Positions 9,445 to 21,680 of a stretch of DNA of 24,000 nt are shown here, piece after piece. Position 1 is the stretch's first letter, and each line of letters opens with the position of its first letter. The translations under genes were made by a program, and so were the position numbers. This DNA is from an uncultured Gammaproteobacteria bacterium (lineage in GTDB: Bacteria; Pseudomonadota; Gammaproteobacteria; PS1; Pseudothioglobaceae): the NCBI GenBank assembly GCA_902606745.1, contig CACLHR010000016.1, positions 1 through 24,000 of the forward strand. Direction: 5' to 3'. A model generated the notes under the pieces. The model did not search any database and had not been told where the DNA came from. It was given only the letters and a program-made list of their open reading frames with translations.

Positions 9445-11301
9445 ATGGACAAAATTGCCAATACGAAAAGAGAGAGAAAGGTATTCAGATCAAGAATCCT
9501 TATCGCTTCTGTTTTCATGATTTCAATGGCCTTTTTGCTCATCTATAGACTCTTTAACTTGCAAATCATTAACCATGAATATTACATAGAAGAGGCTCTA
9601 GGTAATCAGCTACAAACACTTCCAATTCAACCAATCAGAGGAGATATTCTGGATCGAAATGGTAAAGTCCTAGCAACAAACGAGCTCTCTTATAGATTAA
9701 CTATCACTCCTGAAAAAATTGATAATATTAATGACATCTTCATTGAACTGCAAATAATCGAACTCATTGACGAAGAAGACATTGAGAGATTCAATAAAAA
9801 TTTAAATCGTTATAAAAAATTTCATAATATTCCAATCAAATACAATCTATCTGAGGAAATAGCAGCGGGTTTCCTTGTTGAAAATCAGTTATCTGGTGTC
9901 GAAATTGAGCCTTATTTTCATCGAGTCTACCCAAATGGTTCTTCTACTTCACACATAGTCGGCTATGTCTCCTCTATGAGCAAAGAAGATAAAGACTACT
10001 ATGATAAAAATAATTATGCAGGAACCACTTTTGTTGGCAAAACTGGCATCGAAAAGCAGTATGAAAAAATATTACATGGTTTTTCAGGTGAAAAACAAAT
10101 CGAAAGAAATGTTGATGGAAGAGTTGTAGATTCAAAAGTCATCAAAGCCTCAGATCCTGGGCAAGATATTTATTTGAATATCGATCTTGATTTACAGTTG
10201 GCAGCTGAATCACTTTTGGGAGATAGTCGAGGTGCATTGGCGCTTATCGATGTCAATGACGGCTCAATATTGAGCCTAGTTAGTACACCAACTTTTGATC
10301 CTAACTGGTTTGTTGGTGGGATTTCGATTGAACGATACCAACAACTCAAAAAAGACAAAGAACTGCCGCTCTTTGATCGCAGTATCAAAGGCCTTTACCC
10401 ACCAGGTTCTACCATCAAACCTATGATAGCTTTGGCTGGATTAGAGCTCAATAAGATCACTATTAAAGATCAAATATTCTGCCCTGGCTATTACAAACTG
10501 CCAGATTATTCGAGAAAATTTAACGACTGGAAACGTTATGGGCACGGTCATGTTGAACTAATAGAGGGGATCGCCCAATCATGTGACGTATTTTTTTATG
10601 ATTTAGCTTATAAATTAGGCATTGATAATATTCATGATAGTCTTACTCACTTTCAGTTTGGTAATATAACAGGTATAGATTTGCCAGGTGAATTGGGTGG
10701 TATTTTACCTTCAAGAGAATGGAAAAAAATTAACAAGGATGAGCCCTGGTACAGAGGTGAAACACTAATCGCTGGAATTGGTCAAGGTTTTATGACAGCA
10801 AGCCCACTTCAACTAGCGTTGGCCACTGCCGCTATAGCGAATAAGGGACAACTATTTTCACCACAATTATTGATGCATTCTCAAACTAAAAGTGGCGATA
10901 TTTATGAAGATGACAAAAAGCCAGCACGTCAAATACCTATAAAAGATATTAATAACTGGGAGTTAATCATCGAAGGTATGAAGCAGGTCGTATATGGAAA
11001 ACTGGGTACAGCAAGAAGATTGAACCACAAGCTCACATATACGCTAGCAGGAAAAACAGGAACTGCTCAGGTTTTTAGTCTCGATCCAGAAGAAGAGTAC
11101 ATTGCGGAAAATATTGAAGAAAAATTAAGGGATCATGCTTTATTTACTGGATTCGCTCCTATCGGAGATCCCCAAGTCGCTATTGCGGTCATTGTAGAAA
11201 ATGCCGGAAGTGGTAGTTCAACGGCAGCACCATTAGCTAGAGCGCTACTAGATGTATATTTTAGTAAAAACCCTCTAAATGAAAACTTATCATCTGACTA
11301 A
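9445..11301 (+). CDS. mrdA: Penicillin-binding protein 2
   Basis: 618 aa; dimerisation domain plus transpeptidase motifs 'YPPGSTIKP' (SxxK), 'SCD', 'KTGTAQ'. Confidence 0.97.
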   Translation: MDKIANTKRERKVFRSRILIASVFMISMAFLLIYRLFNLQIINHEYYIEEALGNQLQTLPIQPIRGDILDRNGKVLATNELSYRLTITPEKIDNINDIFIELQIIELIDEEDIERFNKNLNRYKKFHNIPIKYNLSEEIAAGFLVENQLSGVEIEPYFHRVYPNGSSTSHIVGYVSSMSKEDKDYYDKNNYAGTTFVGKTGIEKQYEKILHGFSGEKQIERNVDGRVVDSKVIKASDPGQDIYLNIDLDLQLAAESLLGDSRGALALIDVNDGSILSLVSTPTFDPNWFVGGISIERYQQLKKDKELPLFDRSIKGLYPPGSTIKPMIALAGLELNKITIKDQIFCPGYYKLPDYSRKFNDWKRYGHGHVELIEGIAQSCDVFFYDLAYKLGIDNIHDSLTHFQFGNITGIDLPGELGGILPSREWKKINKDEPWYRGETLIAGIGQGFMTASPLQLALATAAIANKGQLFSPQLLMHSQTKSGDIYEDDKKPARQIPIKDINNWELIIEGMKQVVYGKLGTARRLNHKLTYTLAGKTGTAQVFSLDPEEEYIAENIEEKLRDHALFTGFAPIGDPQVAIAVIVENAGSGSSTAAPLARALLDVYFSKNPLNENLSSD

Positions 11302-11313
11302 CAATTAAAACAT

Positions 11314-12848
<1,535 letters not shown>

Positions 12849-12874
<26 letters not shown>

Positions 12875-13868
12875 GATCGCTACTCATTAATTTTTTACGA
12901 ATTTTTTCCTCAAGTAGCTGACTCATTTCTGAGTGTTCTTTTAAGTAATCTCTGGCATTATCCTTACCTTGACCAATTCTTTCACCATCCACACTGTACC
13001 AAGCACCTGCCTTTTCAACGAACCCATGCTCAACGCCTAAATCAATCACCTCACTTTCTCTTGAAATGCCTTGATTGTATAGTATCTGAAATTCTGCCTT
13101 CTTAAATGGTGGTGCAACTTTATTCTTCAAAACTTTAACTCGGGTTTCATTGCCCAGCACTTCATCACCCTTTTTAATTGCGCCTATTCTTCTAATATCT
13201 AAGCGAACAGAGGCATAAAATTTAAGCGCGTTGCCTCCTGTTGTGGTCTCTGGATTACCAAACATAACACCAATCTTCATACGAAGCTGATTAATAAAGA
13301 TAACCATGGTATTAGTTCTCTTGATATTAGAGGTGAGCTTTCTGAGTGCTTGTGACATTAGCCTAGCTTGTAAACCCATATGGGAAGCACCCATTTCGCC
13401 CTCAATTTCTGCTTTAGGCGTTAAAGCTGCAACTGAATCAACAACAACAATATCGATACCACCTGACCGTACCAGCATATCTGTAATTTCCAGTGCCTGC
13501 TCACCTGTATCGGGCTGTGAAATTAAAAGGTCATCAGTATTCACTCCTAACCTCTTAGCGTAAGAAGGATCGAGTGCATGTTCTGCATCAATGAAAGCTG
13601 CCGTTCCACCTAGTTTTTGTATTTCAGCAATCACATGTAGAGTTAGAGTTGTTTTTCCGGAAGATTCTGGACCATAAACTTCAATGACTCTACCTCTAGG
13701 TAAGCCACCTATCCCCAAAGCAATATCAAGACTCAGACTTCCTGTAGAAACGCTCTCAATATCTGTTCTTGACTCATCATCTCCCAGAAACATAACTGAC
13801 CCTTTACCATATTGTTTTTCAATTTGGCCAAGGGCCACTTTTAGTGCTTGTTTTTTCTGTTCATCCAC
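12849..13868 (-). CDS. recA: Recombinase RecA
   Basis: 339 aa; Walker A '[10 protein letters not shown]', '[20 protein letters not shown]', L2 region '[24 protein letters not shown]'. Confidence 0.99.
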
Positions 13869-13915
13869 ACCACTCTCCCGCGTAAAATGTTAATTAATTT
13901 AATGCAATTATTATA

Positions 13916-14959
13916 ATGGCTTTCTCTCGACAAGATACAGAATGTATGGCCCTTGCACTCAAAATTTCAAAGAAGGGTCGTGCAACGGTTGGTGCTAATC
14001 CAATGGTTGGTTGTGTGATAGTGCTTAACGGTAAAATTGTTGCTCAAGACTACCATCGACAGTATGGTAAAGCTCACGCTGAAGTGAATGCTTTGGATCA
14101 AATTAAACACCAAGCTAAGAGTACTAAATTATACGTAACACTTGAGCCTTGCTCTCATCAAGGGAAAACACCACCATGCACAAAAGCCCTCATAGATGCT
14201 GGTGTAAAAAAGGTTGTTGTGGCAATGCCTGACCCAAATCCTATGGTATCTGGAAGGGGCATCAAATTACTAAAAGATGCAGGTATTGAAGTTGACATTG
14301 GTTTGCTGCAATGTGAAGCAAGAGAACTAAATAGAGGGTTTGTAAAAAGAATGGAAACTGGGATGCCATTCGTTACAACAAAAATTGCTATGAGTCTTGA
14401 TGGCGGAACTGCAATGGGTAGTGGTGAAAGTCAATGGATTACTTCTGACGCAGCGAGACTTGACGTCCATAAACTACGCAGTAATAATCAAGCAATTATG
14501 ACTGGTTCTGGCACAATCATAGATGACAATCCAAAGATGACTGTCAGACTTGATGGTTCTGAACCTAATCCATTAAGAGTCATTATTGATAGTGGAAATA
14601 AGATTAAAGATCAAAAACTCAATATCTTTTCATCTGATGCCTCAACACTTTTACTTAATGATGACAATTCAAGCATTTTACCAAATGGCAAAATAGATTT
14701 AAAATTAGCTCTAATTAAGCTCGGAGAGATGGGCATCAACAACCTACTTCTTGAGGCTGGTAGCGGTTTAAATGGAGCTATGCTTGAGGCTGGACTTATT
14801 GATGAATTTATTATCTATACTGCTCCAGTAATTCTCGGAAGTGATACCAAACCGATGATAGAGATACCACTAAACAAAATATCTGAAAAGATTCAACTCA
14901 ATATTCTTGATATCCGAAAAATTGGTGGGGATATTAAAATTAAAGCAGTTCTTAAATGA
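13916..14959 (+). CDS. ribD: Bifunctional diaminohydroxyphosphoribosylaminopyrimidine deaminase / 5-amino-6-(5-phosphoribosylamino)uracil reductase
   Basis: Zn-deaminase motif 'HAEVNALDQI...LEPCSHQGKTPPCTKALI' and RibD_C reductase domain 'TKIAMSLDGGTAMGSGESQWITS'. Confidence 0.96.
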   Translation: MAFSRQDTECMALALKISKKGRATVGANPMVGCVIVLNGKIVAQDYHRQYGKAHAEVNALDQIKHQAKSTKLYVTLEPCSHQGKTPPCTKALIDAGVKKVVVAMPDPNPMVSGRGIKLLKDAGIEVDIGLLQCEARELNRGFVKRMETGMPFVTTKIAMSLDGGTAMGSGESQWITSDAARLDVHKLRSNNQAIMTGSGTIIDDNPKMTVRLDGSEPNPLRVIIDSGNKIKDQKLNIFSSDASTLLLNDDNSSILPNGKIDLKLALIKLGEMGINNLLLEAGSGLNGAMLEAGLIDEFIIYTAPVILGSDTKPMIEIPLNKISEKIQLNILDIRKIGGDIKIKAVLK

Positions 14960-16149
14960 GTACATTAACGAACAAACGAATTATTCTGGGTGTTAGTGGT
15001 TCAATTGCAGCCTATAAATCACCTGATATTGTCAGACGTTTACAAGATCTGGGTGCTGAAGTTAGAGTGATTCTAACTACTGGTGGTAGAGAATTTGTGA
15101 GTGAACGATCCCTACAGACAGTTTCAAAAAATAAGGTTCATGACAATCTATGGGATTCAGAAGCAGAGCTATCAATGGGTCATATTGAGCTTGCAAAATG
15201 GGCTGATCTTATAATCATCGCCCCTGCATCGGCTAATACAATAGCCAAGCTCTGTCATGGTAAGGCGGATGATTTGCTTTCAACTGTTATTCTTGCTGCC
15301 AGTTGTTCTGTTATGGTCGCACCATCTATGAATCAACAAATGTATGCTTCGTTAGCGATGAAAGATAATCTGCAATTGCTACAAAAGCGTGGAGTAAGAA
15401 TTATAGATCCAGGTTTTGGAGAGCAGGCTTGCGGGGATATTGGGGAAGGCAGATTAGCCGAACCAAGTGAAATTGCACGGAAAATTTCTGAAATCTTTCA
15501 GAATAGTTTACTTGGCGGAAAAAGGGTACTAATAACGATTGGTGGAACTGTTGAAGCAATTGATCCTGTTCGATTCTTATCAAACCACAGTAGTGGGAAA
15601 ATGGGCATGGCGCTTGCATATGCTTCTATACAAGCTGGTGCAGAGACAACGCTTGTTATTGGTTCAATTTCCGTTGATGTCGAAAATAGAGCAAAAACTA
15701 TCTTTGTAACTAGTGCAAATGAGATGCATGAAGCTGTCATGAAAAATATTCATGACCAAGACTTATTTATTAGTTGTGCCGCTGTTGCTGATTACAGACC
15801 TACAAAAGTGAGCCCTAATAAAATAAAAAAAAACAGTAGTCAGAAAACAATTGAGCTTGTTGCAAACAAAGATATTTTGAGTGACGTATGTAAATTAAAA
15901 AATAAACCAATTTGCATTGGTTTTGCAGCGGAAACTGAAAATTATTTAAATAACGCTAATCAAAAGCTGAAAAATAAGAATTGCGATGCAATTATTTTGA
16001 ACGATGTTTCTAATAGCAAAATTGGCCTTAAATCTGATGAAAATGAGGTTTACTTTATAACAAGTAATGGGTCTGACAAAATCAATAAAAATACTAAACA
16101 AATTGTTGCCGAAAAAATTATCAATAAAATTGTTAAAGAATTCTTTTAG
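14956..16149 (+). CDS. coaBC: Phosphopantothenoylcysteine decarboxylase / phosphopantothenate-cysteine ligase
   Basis: 397 aa; 'LGVSGSIAAYKSPDIVRRLQ', 'APASANTIAKLCHGKADDLLS', 'PSMNQQMY', and CoaB 'ISNHSSGKMGMALA' equivalent ('LSNHSSGKMGMALAYASIQAGA'). Confidence 0.96.
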   Translation: MSTLTNKRIILGVSGSIAAYKSPDIVRRLQDLGAEVRVILTTGGREFVSERSLQTVSKNKVHDNLWDSEAELSMGHIELAKWADLIIIAPASANTIAKLCHGKADDLLSTVILAASCSVMVAPSMNQQMYASLAMKDNLQLLQKRGVRIIDPGFGEQACGDIGEGRLAEPSEIARKISEIFQNSLLGGKRVLITIGGTVEAIDPVRFLSNHSSGKMGMALAYASIQAGAETTLVIGSISVDVENRAKTIFVTSANEMHEAVMKNIHDQDLFISCAAVADYRPTKVSPNKIKKNSSQKTIELVANKDILSDVCKLKNKPICIGFAAETENYLNNANQKLKNKNCDAIILNDVSNSKIGLKSDENEVYFITSNGSDKINKNTKQIVAEKIINKIVKEFF

Positions 16150-16604
16150 CCACTCAAAGTCGCTTTAAATCAAGGCTTAACAGACTTACTCACAAAACTG
16201 TGGAAAACTCTGGTGATATCTCTTATTATTCCTTAATAATATGCACTAGAATAACAATTACTACGGTTTTGGTTAATAAATAATCATATCAACTTTCTCT
16301 ATATAAATCAATGAGTTACAATTTTGTCTTTTTGTGAATAAATTTCAATATAACTGAGTAAACTAGTTAATTTTCTAGTAGCGGATAACTTTTATAGTTT
16401 TTCCTATTAAATAGGGCTTTCCAGAAGGAATAGCAAAAATTAATAGTGTAATTTTATAATTTATTTATTATCCAAATAAATGTGTCAATATTAGTAAAAA
16501 TTATTAAACAATTATTAGTACTAAAATAAGATGATTTAGCATTAAATAAGTAGAATTAGATTAACTTGAGCTAGTAGCTTATTCTTTGGACTGTATTTTG
16601 ACTA

Positions 16605-19600
16605 TTAATATTGAATTTTATATTTTTCTGGCCCAAGATTATTTTCAAGAGCATCTAATAGATCTCTATGAAGAGAAACATCATATTCTGAACTAAGGGG
16701 GATTTTTCCGGTGGCATTGTTAGAATGATATTCAATCATAACTGGACATTTTCCATGAAACTCTTTCAACAACTGACAGATATCTAAATATTCTAGCTTA
16801 TTATTTTTACTCAGTGATAACTGTAAATACTTAGCATATTTCACTTGAACTTTTTCAACAGGCTCAATACGATCAATTACAACTTGCCATTGATCTCTAA
16901 AATCTTTATTGACTTTACCGCTAATCACTACAACTTCATCCAAAATCAGCTGATCACTATTTGCTCCAAGTGGTTGTGAAAAAAGTACAGCATTAATTTG
17001 TTTAACACCATCCTCAATAATTAAATTTGCCATCTGTCCTCTTTGGGTTTGACGATAATTAACTTCCGAAATCAAGGCAAGAATGCGTACTTCACGATTG
17101 TTTCTAAAAACAATATCTTTTGGTAATGTACAAACTATCGACTTTAAATCAGTTTTGTACCAATCAGTAGGATGTCGATCAAGGTAATAACCCATTACAC
17201 TTTTCTCAAGCATCAACATTTTCTTAAAAGGTAAATACTCCCCTTTTATATATTTTTTTTCGTATTCGATATGACTTTCAACTTCAGCAAATAGACCCAC
17301 TTGTCCATTTAAAAAGTCATTTTGTCTCTGTTCTGCCTGCTTGATAGCTCTAGGATAAGTAGCTATCAATGTTGCTCTATTAACACCAAAAACATCAAAT
17401 GCACCACTATGTATTAGGGCTTCAACGGCTCTTCGATTTAAGTATTTCTTTTCTATCCGTAGGCAAAAATCAAATATATCATCATAACTTCCATTGTTTT
17501 CACGCTCTAAAACTACCGCTCTTACCAATGATTCACCCACACCTTTTATAGCTCCCAGTCCATAAATTATTGTCTTGTTATCAGTAATACTGAATTCATA
17601 CTCAGATTGACAAATATTTGGTGCACCAACGATAAGCCCACTTTTCTTTGATTCTGCTACTGTAAATGCAACTCGATCCGTATCATCCATCATGCCAGAC
17701 AAAACTGCTGCCATAAAGGGTGCTGGAAAGTGCGCCTTTAGCCATGCCGTTTGATAGGAAACATAAGCATAGGCAACAGAATGAGACTTATTGAAACCGT
17801 ATCCTGAAAACTTATCAATCAAATCAAATATTTCATTTGCCTTTTGTTTCTTTATATTTTTTTTACCTGCACCAGTAACAAATACTTCTCGTTGTTCTTC
17901 CATCTCTTCGACTTTTTTCTTTCCCATTGCTCGCCTTAATATATCTGCACCACCCAAAGAATAACCTGCCATTACTTGAGCTGACTTCATGACTTGTTCT
18001 TGATAAAGAAAAACACCATTGGTTGGTTTTAAAATTTCTTCAAGCATCTCATGAGGATATCTCACTTTAGCACCATGTTTTACCTGGATATAATCGTCTA
18101 CCATTCCAGCATCCAATGGTCCAGGTCTGTATAAGGCCAACATCGCTACAATATCTTCAAAGCAATCTGCTCGTAGTTTTTTCAAATAACCTCGCATACC
18201 GACGGACTCTAGTTGAAAAACACCCGTAGTATCGCAGCGTTGTAATAATTTAAATACCTCTGAATCATCTAAAGCCAGCCCATCTATGTCTATTGGTTTT
18301 TTACTCAAACCTTTTTTTGCAATTATTTTGATTGCTTTATCGATAACAGTTAAATTCGACAAACCCAGAAAGTCAAATTTTACTAAACCAACAGCCTCTA
18401 CGTCGTCCTTATCAAATTGAGAGACAACCACATCAGACTCCTCAGAACCCTTATAAATTGGACAAAAATCACTAATCTTGCTAGGTGCAATTACTACACC
18501 ACCTGCATGAGTACCGACATTTCTAATCAATCCCTCTAAATCTTGAGAAAGATCAATAAGCGTTGAAACACTTTCCTCTGAGTCATAGCGTGATTTGAGT
18601 TCTGAAGAGTCTTTTAAAGCCTTACTTAAAGTCATTTTTAGTTCATTGGGTATCAATTTTGAAATAGTGTCACTGAACCCATAAGGATGACCCAATACTC
18701 TTCCAACATCTCTGACCACTCCTTTTGCTGCCATCGTACCGTAAGTAATAATCTGTGAAACTTTTTCTGAACCATACTTTTTAGATACATACTCAATCAC
18801 CTCATCTCGACGATCAGCACAGAAATCAATGTCAAAATCTGGCATCGAGACTCTTTCTGGATTTAAGAAACGTTCAAACAAAAGTTCATGTTCAATTGGA
18901 TCTACATTTGTAATGGAAAGTGCCCAAGCCACCAATGATCCGGCTCCGGAACCCCTACCTGGACCAACAGGAATACCTTTTTCTTTGGCCCAACGGATAA
19001 AGTCAGATACTATCAAAAAATAACCGGAATAATCCATCTCCAAAATAACAGACAATTCAAAATTTAATCTTTCGATATAAACATCTTCATCTACAGAAAG
19101 ACGCTTAAGTCTTTCATTCAGACCTTTTATTGACTCTTCTTTAAAAAATTCGGAAATAGATTTATCTTTTGGGGTTGGAAAGATAGGTAAAAAGTTTTTC
19201 TTGAACAATTCAAAATGCAGGTTACAACGTTTTGATATCTCAACAGTATTGTTTAAAAGTTGTGGAAAGTCAGCAAACAGCTCTGACATTTCATCAGCGG
19301 TTTTTAAATACTGAGACTCGCTAAAGTTTTTTAGTCGGTGAGTATCATCCAAAAACCCACCTTCAGCAATACAGATTCTAGCTTCGTGAGCCTCATATTC
19401 TTTTTTATCTAAAAATTGAACATCATTGGTTGCCACAATCGGAATATCTAATCGTAATCCAAGCTCAATGGTTAGGTGCAGGAGTTGCTCGTCTAAAGGT
19501 CTATCAGTTCTTTGGACAGACATATAGTAGCGGTCAGAAAAAATAGATTTCCAACTGAGAGCCTTTTCCTTTGCCAAATTTGACTCGTTGGCGAGAAGTA

Positions 19601-20015
19601 ATTGAGCAATATCAGAATTTACAGATGTTGCAACCATAATTAAACCACTCTGGTGTTCTATAAGTTGCTCTTCTGTGACACGCACGCCCTCAATTCCATA
19701 TTCACTTAAATATGCTTTTGAAATGAGTTCAGACAGGTTCAGATAGCCTTCATTATTTTGACATAACATAATCACATCGTATTGACTTGAACTACAATCT
19801 ACTGATACTTTAGCTCCAATAATGGGTTTAACACCTGAATCCATGGCTTTTTGATAAAACTTCACCGCTGAAAACAAACTCATATCATCTGTCAAAGCAA
19901 TACTGTTCATACCCGATTGTTGAACACTTTCAATAAGTTTTGGCACACGAATTAAGCTATTCTTAACTGAATACTCACTTTGACACTGAAGATGAACAAA
20001 ACTTGAAGAAGACAT
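16605..20015 (-). CDS. dnaE: DNA polymerase III alpha subunit
   Basis: 1136 aa; N-terminal PHP domain, 'PGRGSGAGSLVAWALSITNVDPIEHELLFERFLNPERVSMPDFDIDFC', 'RAMGKKKVEEMEEQREVFVTGA', OB fold near the C-terminus. Confidence 0.98.
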   Translation of the reverse strand: MSSSSFVHLQCQSEYSVKNSLIRVPKLIESVQQSGMNSIALTDDMSLFSAVKFYQKAMDSGVKPIIGAKVSVDCSSSQYDVIMLCQNNEGYLNLSELISKAYLSEYGIEGVRVTEEQLIEHQSGLIMVATSVNSDIAQLLLANESNLAKEKALSWKSIFSDRYYMSVQRTDRPLDEQLLHLTIELGLRLDIPIVATNDVQFLDKKEYEAHEARICIAEGGFLDDTHRLKNFSESQYLKTADEMSELFADFPQLLNNTVEISKRCNLHFELFKKNFLPIFPTPKDKSISEFFKEESIKGLNERLKRLSVDEDVYIERLNFELSVILEMDYSGYFLIVSDFIRWAKEKGIPVGPGRGSGAGSLVAWALSITNVDPIEHELLFERFLNPERVSMPDFDIDFCADRRDEVIEYVSKKYGSEKVSQIITYGTMAAKGVVRDVGRVLGHPYGFSDTISKLIPNELKMTLSKALKDSSELKSRYDSEESVSTLIDLSQDLEGLIRNVGTHAGGVVIAPSKISDFCPIYKGSEESDVVVSQFDKDDVEAVGLVKFDFLGLSNLTVIDKAIKIIAKKGLSKKPIDIDGLALDDSEVFKLLQRCDTTGVFQLESVGMRGYLKKLRADCFEDIVAMLALYRPGPLDAGMVDDYIQVKHGAKVRYPHEMLEEILKPTNGVFLYQEQVMKSAQVMAGYSLGGADILRRAMGKKKVEEMEEQREVFVTGAGKKNIKKQKANEIFDLIDKFSGYGFNKSHSVAYAYVSYQTAWLKAHFPAPFMAAVLSGMMDDTDRVAFTVAESKKSGLIVGAPNICQSEYEFSITDNKTIIYGLGAIKGVGESLVRAVVLERENNGSYDDIFDFCLRIEKKYLNRRAVEALIHSGAFDVFGVNRATLIATYPRAIKQAEQRQNDFLNGQVGLFAEVESHIEYEKKYIKGEYLPFKKMLMLEKSVMGYYLDRHPTDWYKTDLKSIVCTLPKDIVFRNNREVRILALISEVNYRQTQRGQMANLIIEDGVKQINAVLFSQPLGANSDQLILDEVVVISGKVNKDFRDQWQVVIDRIEPVEKVQVKYAKYLQLSLSKNNKLEYLDICQLLKEFHGKCPVMIEYHSNNATGKIPLSSEYDVSLHRDLLDALENNLGPEKYKIQY

Positions 20016-20097
20016 TTAACAAAAAAATAAGACAAATATAGACTTCATTTTACAAACAAAGTAAAGACTATCTTTAGGGAATTTTTTTAAAATTAAT

Positions 20098-20116
20098 GGC
20101 TTTTTAATCTAAAGCC
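20098..20116 (-). terminator. Possible weak hairpin terminator between trpE and dnaE
   Basis: Minus strand GGCTTT-agattaa-AAAGCC, followed by attaatttt; perfect 6-bp stem but no strong T tract. Confidence 0.3.
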
Positions 20117-20159
20117 TTGAAAGATAAAATAATAATGAAAGATTTAATGCTAATAGTAG

Positions 20160-21614
20160 TTAAATATTCTGTGCAGCTTTAATTAAGGCTTGCGCTTTAT
20201 CCATAGTTTCCTGCCACTCTAATTCTGGGACTGAATCATAAACTATTCCTGCACCAGCCTGTACATATAGGACTTCATCTTTAATTACTGCTGTTCTAAT
20301 GGCTATTGCCAAGTCCATCCCTCCATGCCAGGATAGATTGCCAATGGCACCAGAATAAATATTTCGTTTCAAAGATTCTACTTCGTCAATAATCTCCATC
20401 GCTCTCACTTTTGGTGCTCCACTCAAAGTACCCGCTGGAAAAGTTGCCCTCAAAACATCAATAGAACTCATTCCTTCTTTTAACTCACATTCCACATTCG
20501 AAACAATGTGCATCACATGAGAATATCTCTCAATAAACATTTTATCAGTGAGATTGACGCTACCTGTTTTTGCAATTCGACCTAAATCATTACGGCCAAG
20601 GTCAATTAGCATTAAATGCTCTGCAATTTCTTTATCATCTGACAATAGTTCTTCTTCCAGTTTTTGATCCTCCTCAAATGTTTTACCCCGCGAACGGGTT
20701 CCCGCTATCGGCCTGACAGTAGCTATATTATTATTATCTACACGAGTTAAGATTTCTGGTGATGAACCAACTATAGCAACATCATCTAAATCTAAGTAAT
20801 ACATATAAGGCGACGGATTAAGAATCCTTAGTTGGCGGTATAGATCTATTGGCTTTGCTTTGAATGGGCAACTTAAGCGCTGAGATGGGACCACTTGCAT
20901 AACATCCCCAGAAATGATATAGCGCCTTATGTCTTCAACAGTTTTCATAAAATTATTTTTTCCAAAACTTGAGACAAAATCATCAGTCTGAATTCCTGCT
21001 TTAGGGCTTGATACATGGTGGAATGACTTCTTAATATTATCTTCAATCAAATTTAGTTTTGAAACTGCATCCTCATAAGTACTTTCATTAGGATTGATGT
21101 GGGTGATAATATGGACTTTGCTTGATAGGTTATCAACAACCAGCAAATCATTTGACATCATCAATAAGATATCAGCTACATTTAACTCATCTTTTTTGTC
21201 AATGTTTGCTAATTTCGGTTCAATATAACGAATAATTTCATAGCCAAAATATCCCACTAGTCCGCCATTAAAGTCGGGTAAATTATCTAGTTTCGGAACA
21301 TTAAATTGATTTTGGTAATTCTCAATCCATTCGAGGGGATCTTCAACTTCATGCTGCTCCACTAGGACGCCATTTTTTTCTACTCTTACCTCATAATCAT
21401 AAACCTTAATGACAGTTTCAGCAGTCAGGCCAATAAATGAATAACGACCCCATTTTTCGCCACCCTGTACTGACTCTAAAAAATAGCTATAAGGTGAATT
21501 AGCAAGTTTTAGATACAAAGATAAAGCAGTATCGGTATCTACAACAATCTCTCTGGAGAAAGGTATGTGATTGAAACCTTGCTCAATTAGGCCAGTAAAC
21601 TCTGATTTTTCCAT
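20160..21614 (-). CDS. trpE: Anthranilate synthase component I
   Basis: 484 aa; 'YIISGDVMQVVPSQRL', 'PIAGTRSRG', 'LIDLGRNDLGRIAKTGSV', 'FPAGTLSGAPKVRAMEIID'. Confidence 0.97.
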   Translation of the reverse strand: MEKSEFTGLIEQGFNHIPFSREIVVDTDTALSLYLKLANSPYSYFLESVQGGEKWGRYSFIGLTAETVIKVYDYEVRVEKNGVLVEQHEVEDPLEWIENYQNQFNVPKLDNLPDFNGGLVGYFGYEIIRYIEPKLANIDKKDELNVADILLMMSNDLLVVDNLSSKVHIITHINPNESTYEDAVSKLNLIEDNIKKSFHHVSSPKAGIQTDDFVSSFGKNNFMKTVEDIRRYIISGDVMQVVPSQRLSCPFKAKPIDLYRQLRILNPSPYMYYLDLDDVAIVGSSPEILTRVDNNNIATVRPIAGTRSRGKTFEEDQKLEEELLSDDKEIAEHLMLIDLGRNDLGRIAKTGSVNLTDKMFIERYSHVMHIVSNVECELKEGMSSIDVLRATFPAGTLSGAPKVRAMEIIDEVESLKRNIYSGAIGNLSWHGGMDLAIAIRTAVIKDEVLYVQAGAGIVYDSVPELEWQETMDKAQALIKAAQNI

Positions 21615-21680
21615 GGGTGCATTTTAACTTACCAAGATAATGAGTTGTTTGCTTTAGTGGTATATACCCAAAGTGATTAC

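Noticed and set aside
16403-16415. Near-palindrome CCTATT-A-AATAGG in the coaBC/dnaE gap
   Set aside because: A one-nt spacer cannot form a stable hairpin, and it is not near a promoter; likely chance in AT-rich DNA.
21615-21680. Possible trp attenuator/leader peptide upstream of trpE
   Set aside because: Only 66 bp between genes, with no visible Trp-rich leader ORF or alternating hairpins.
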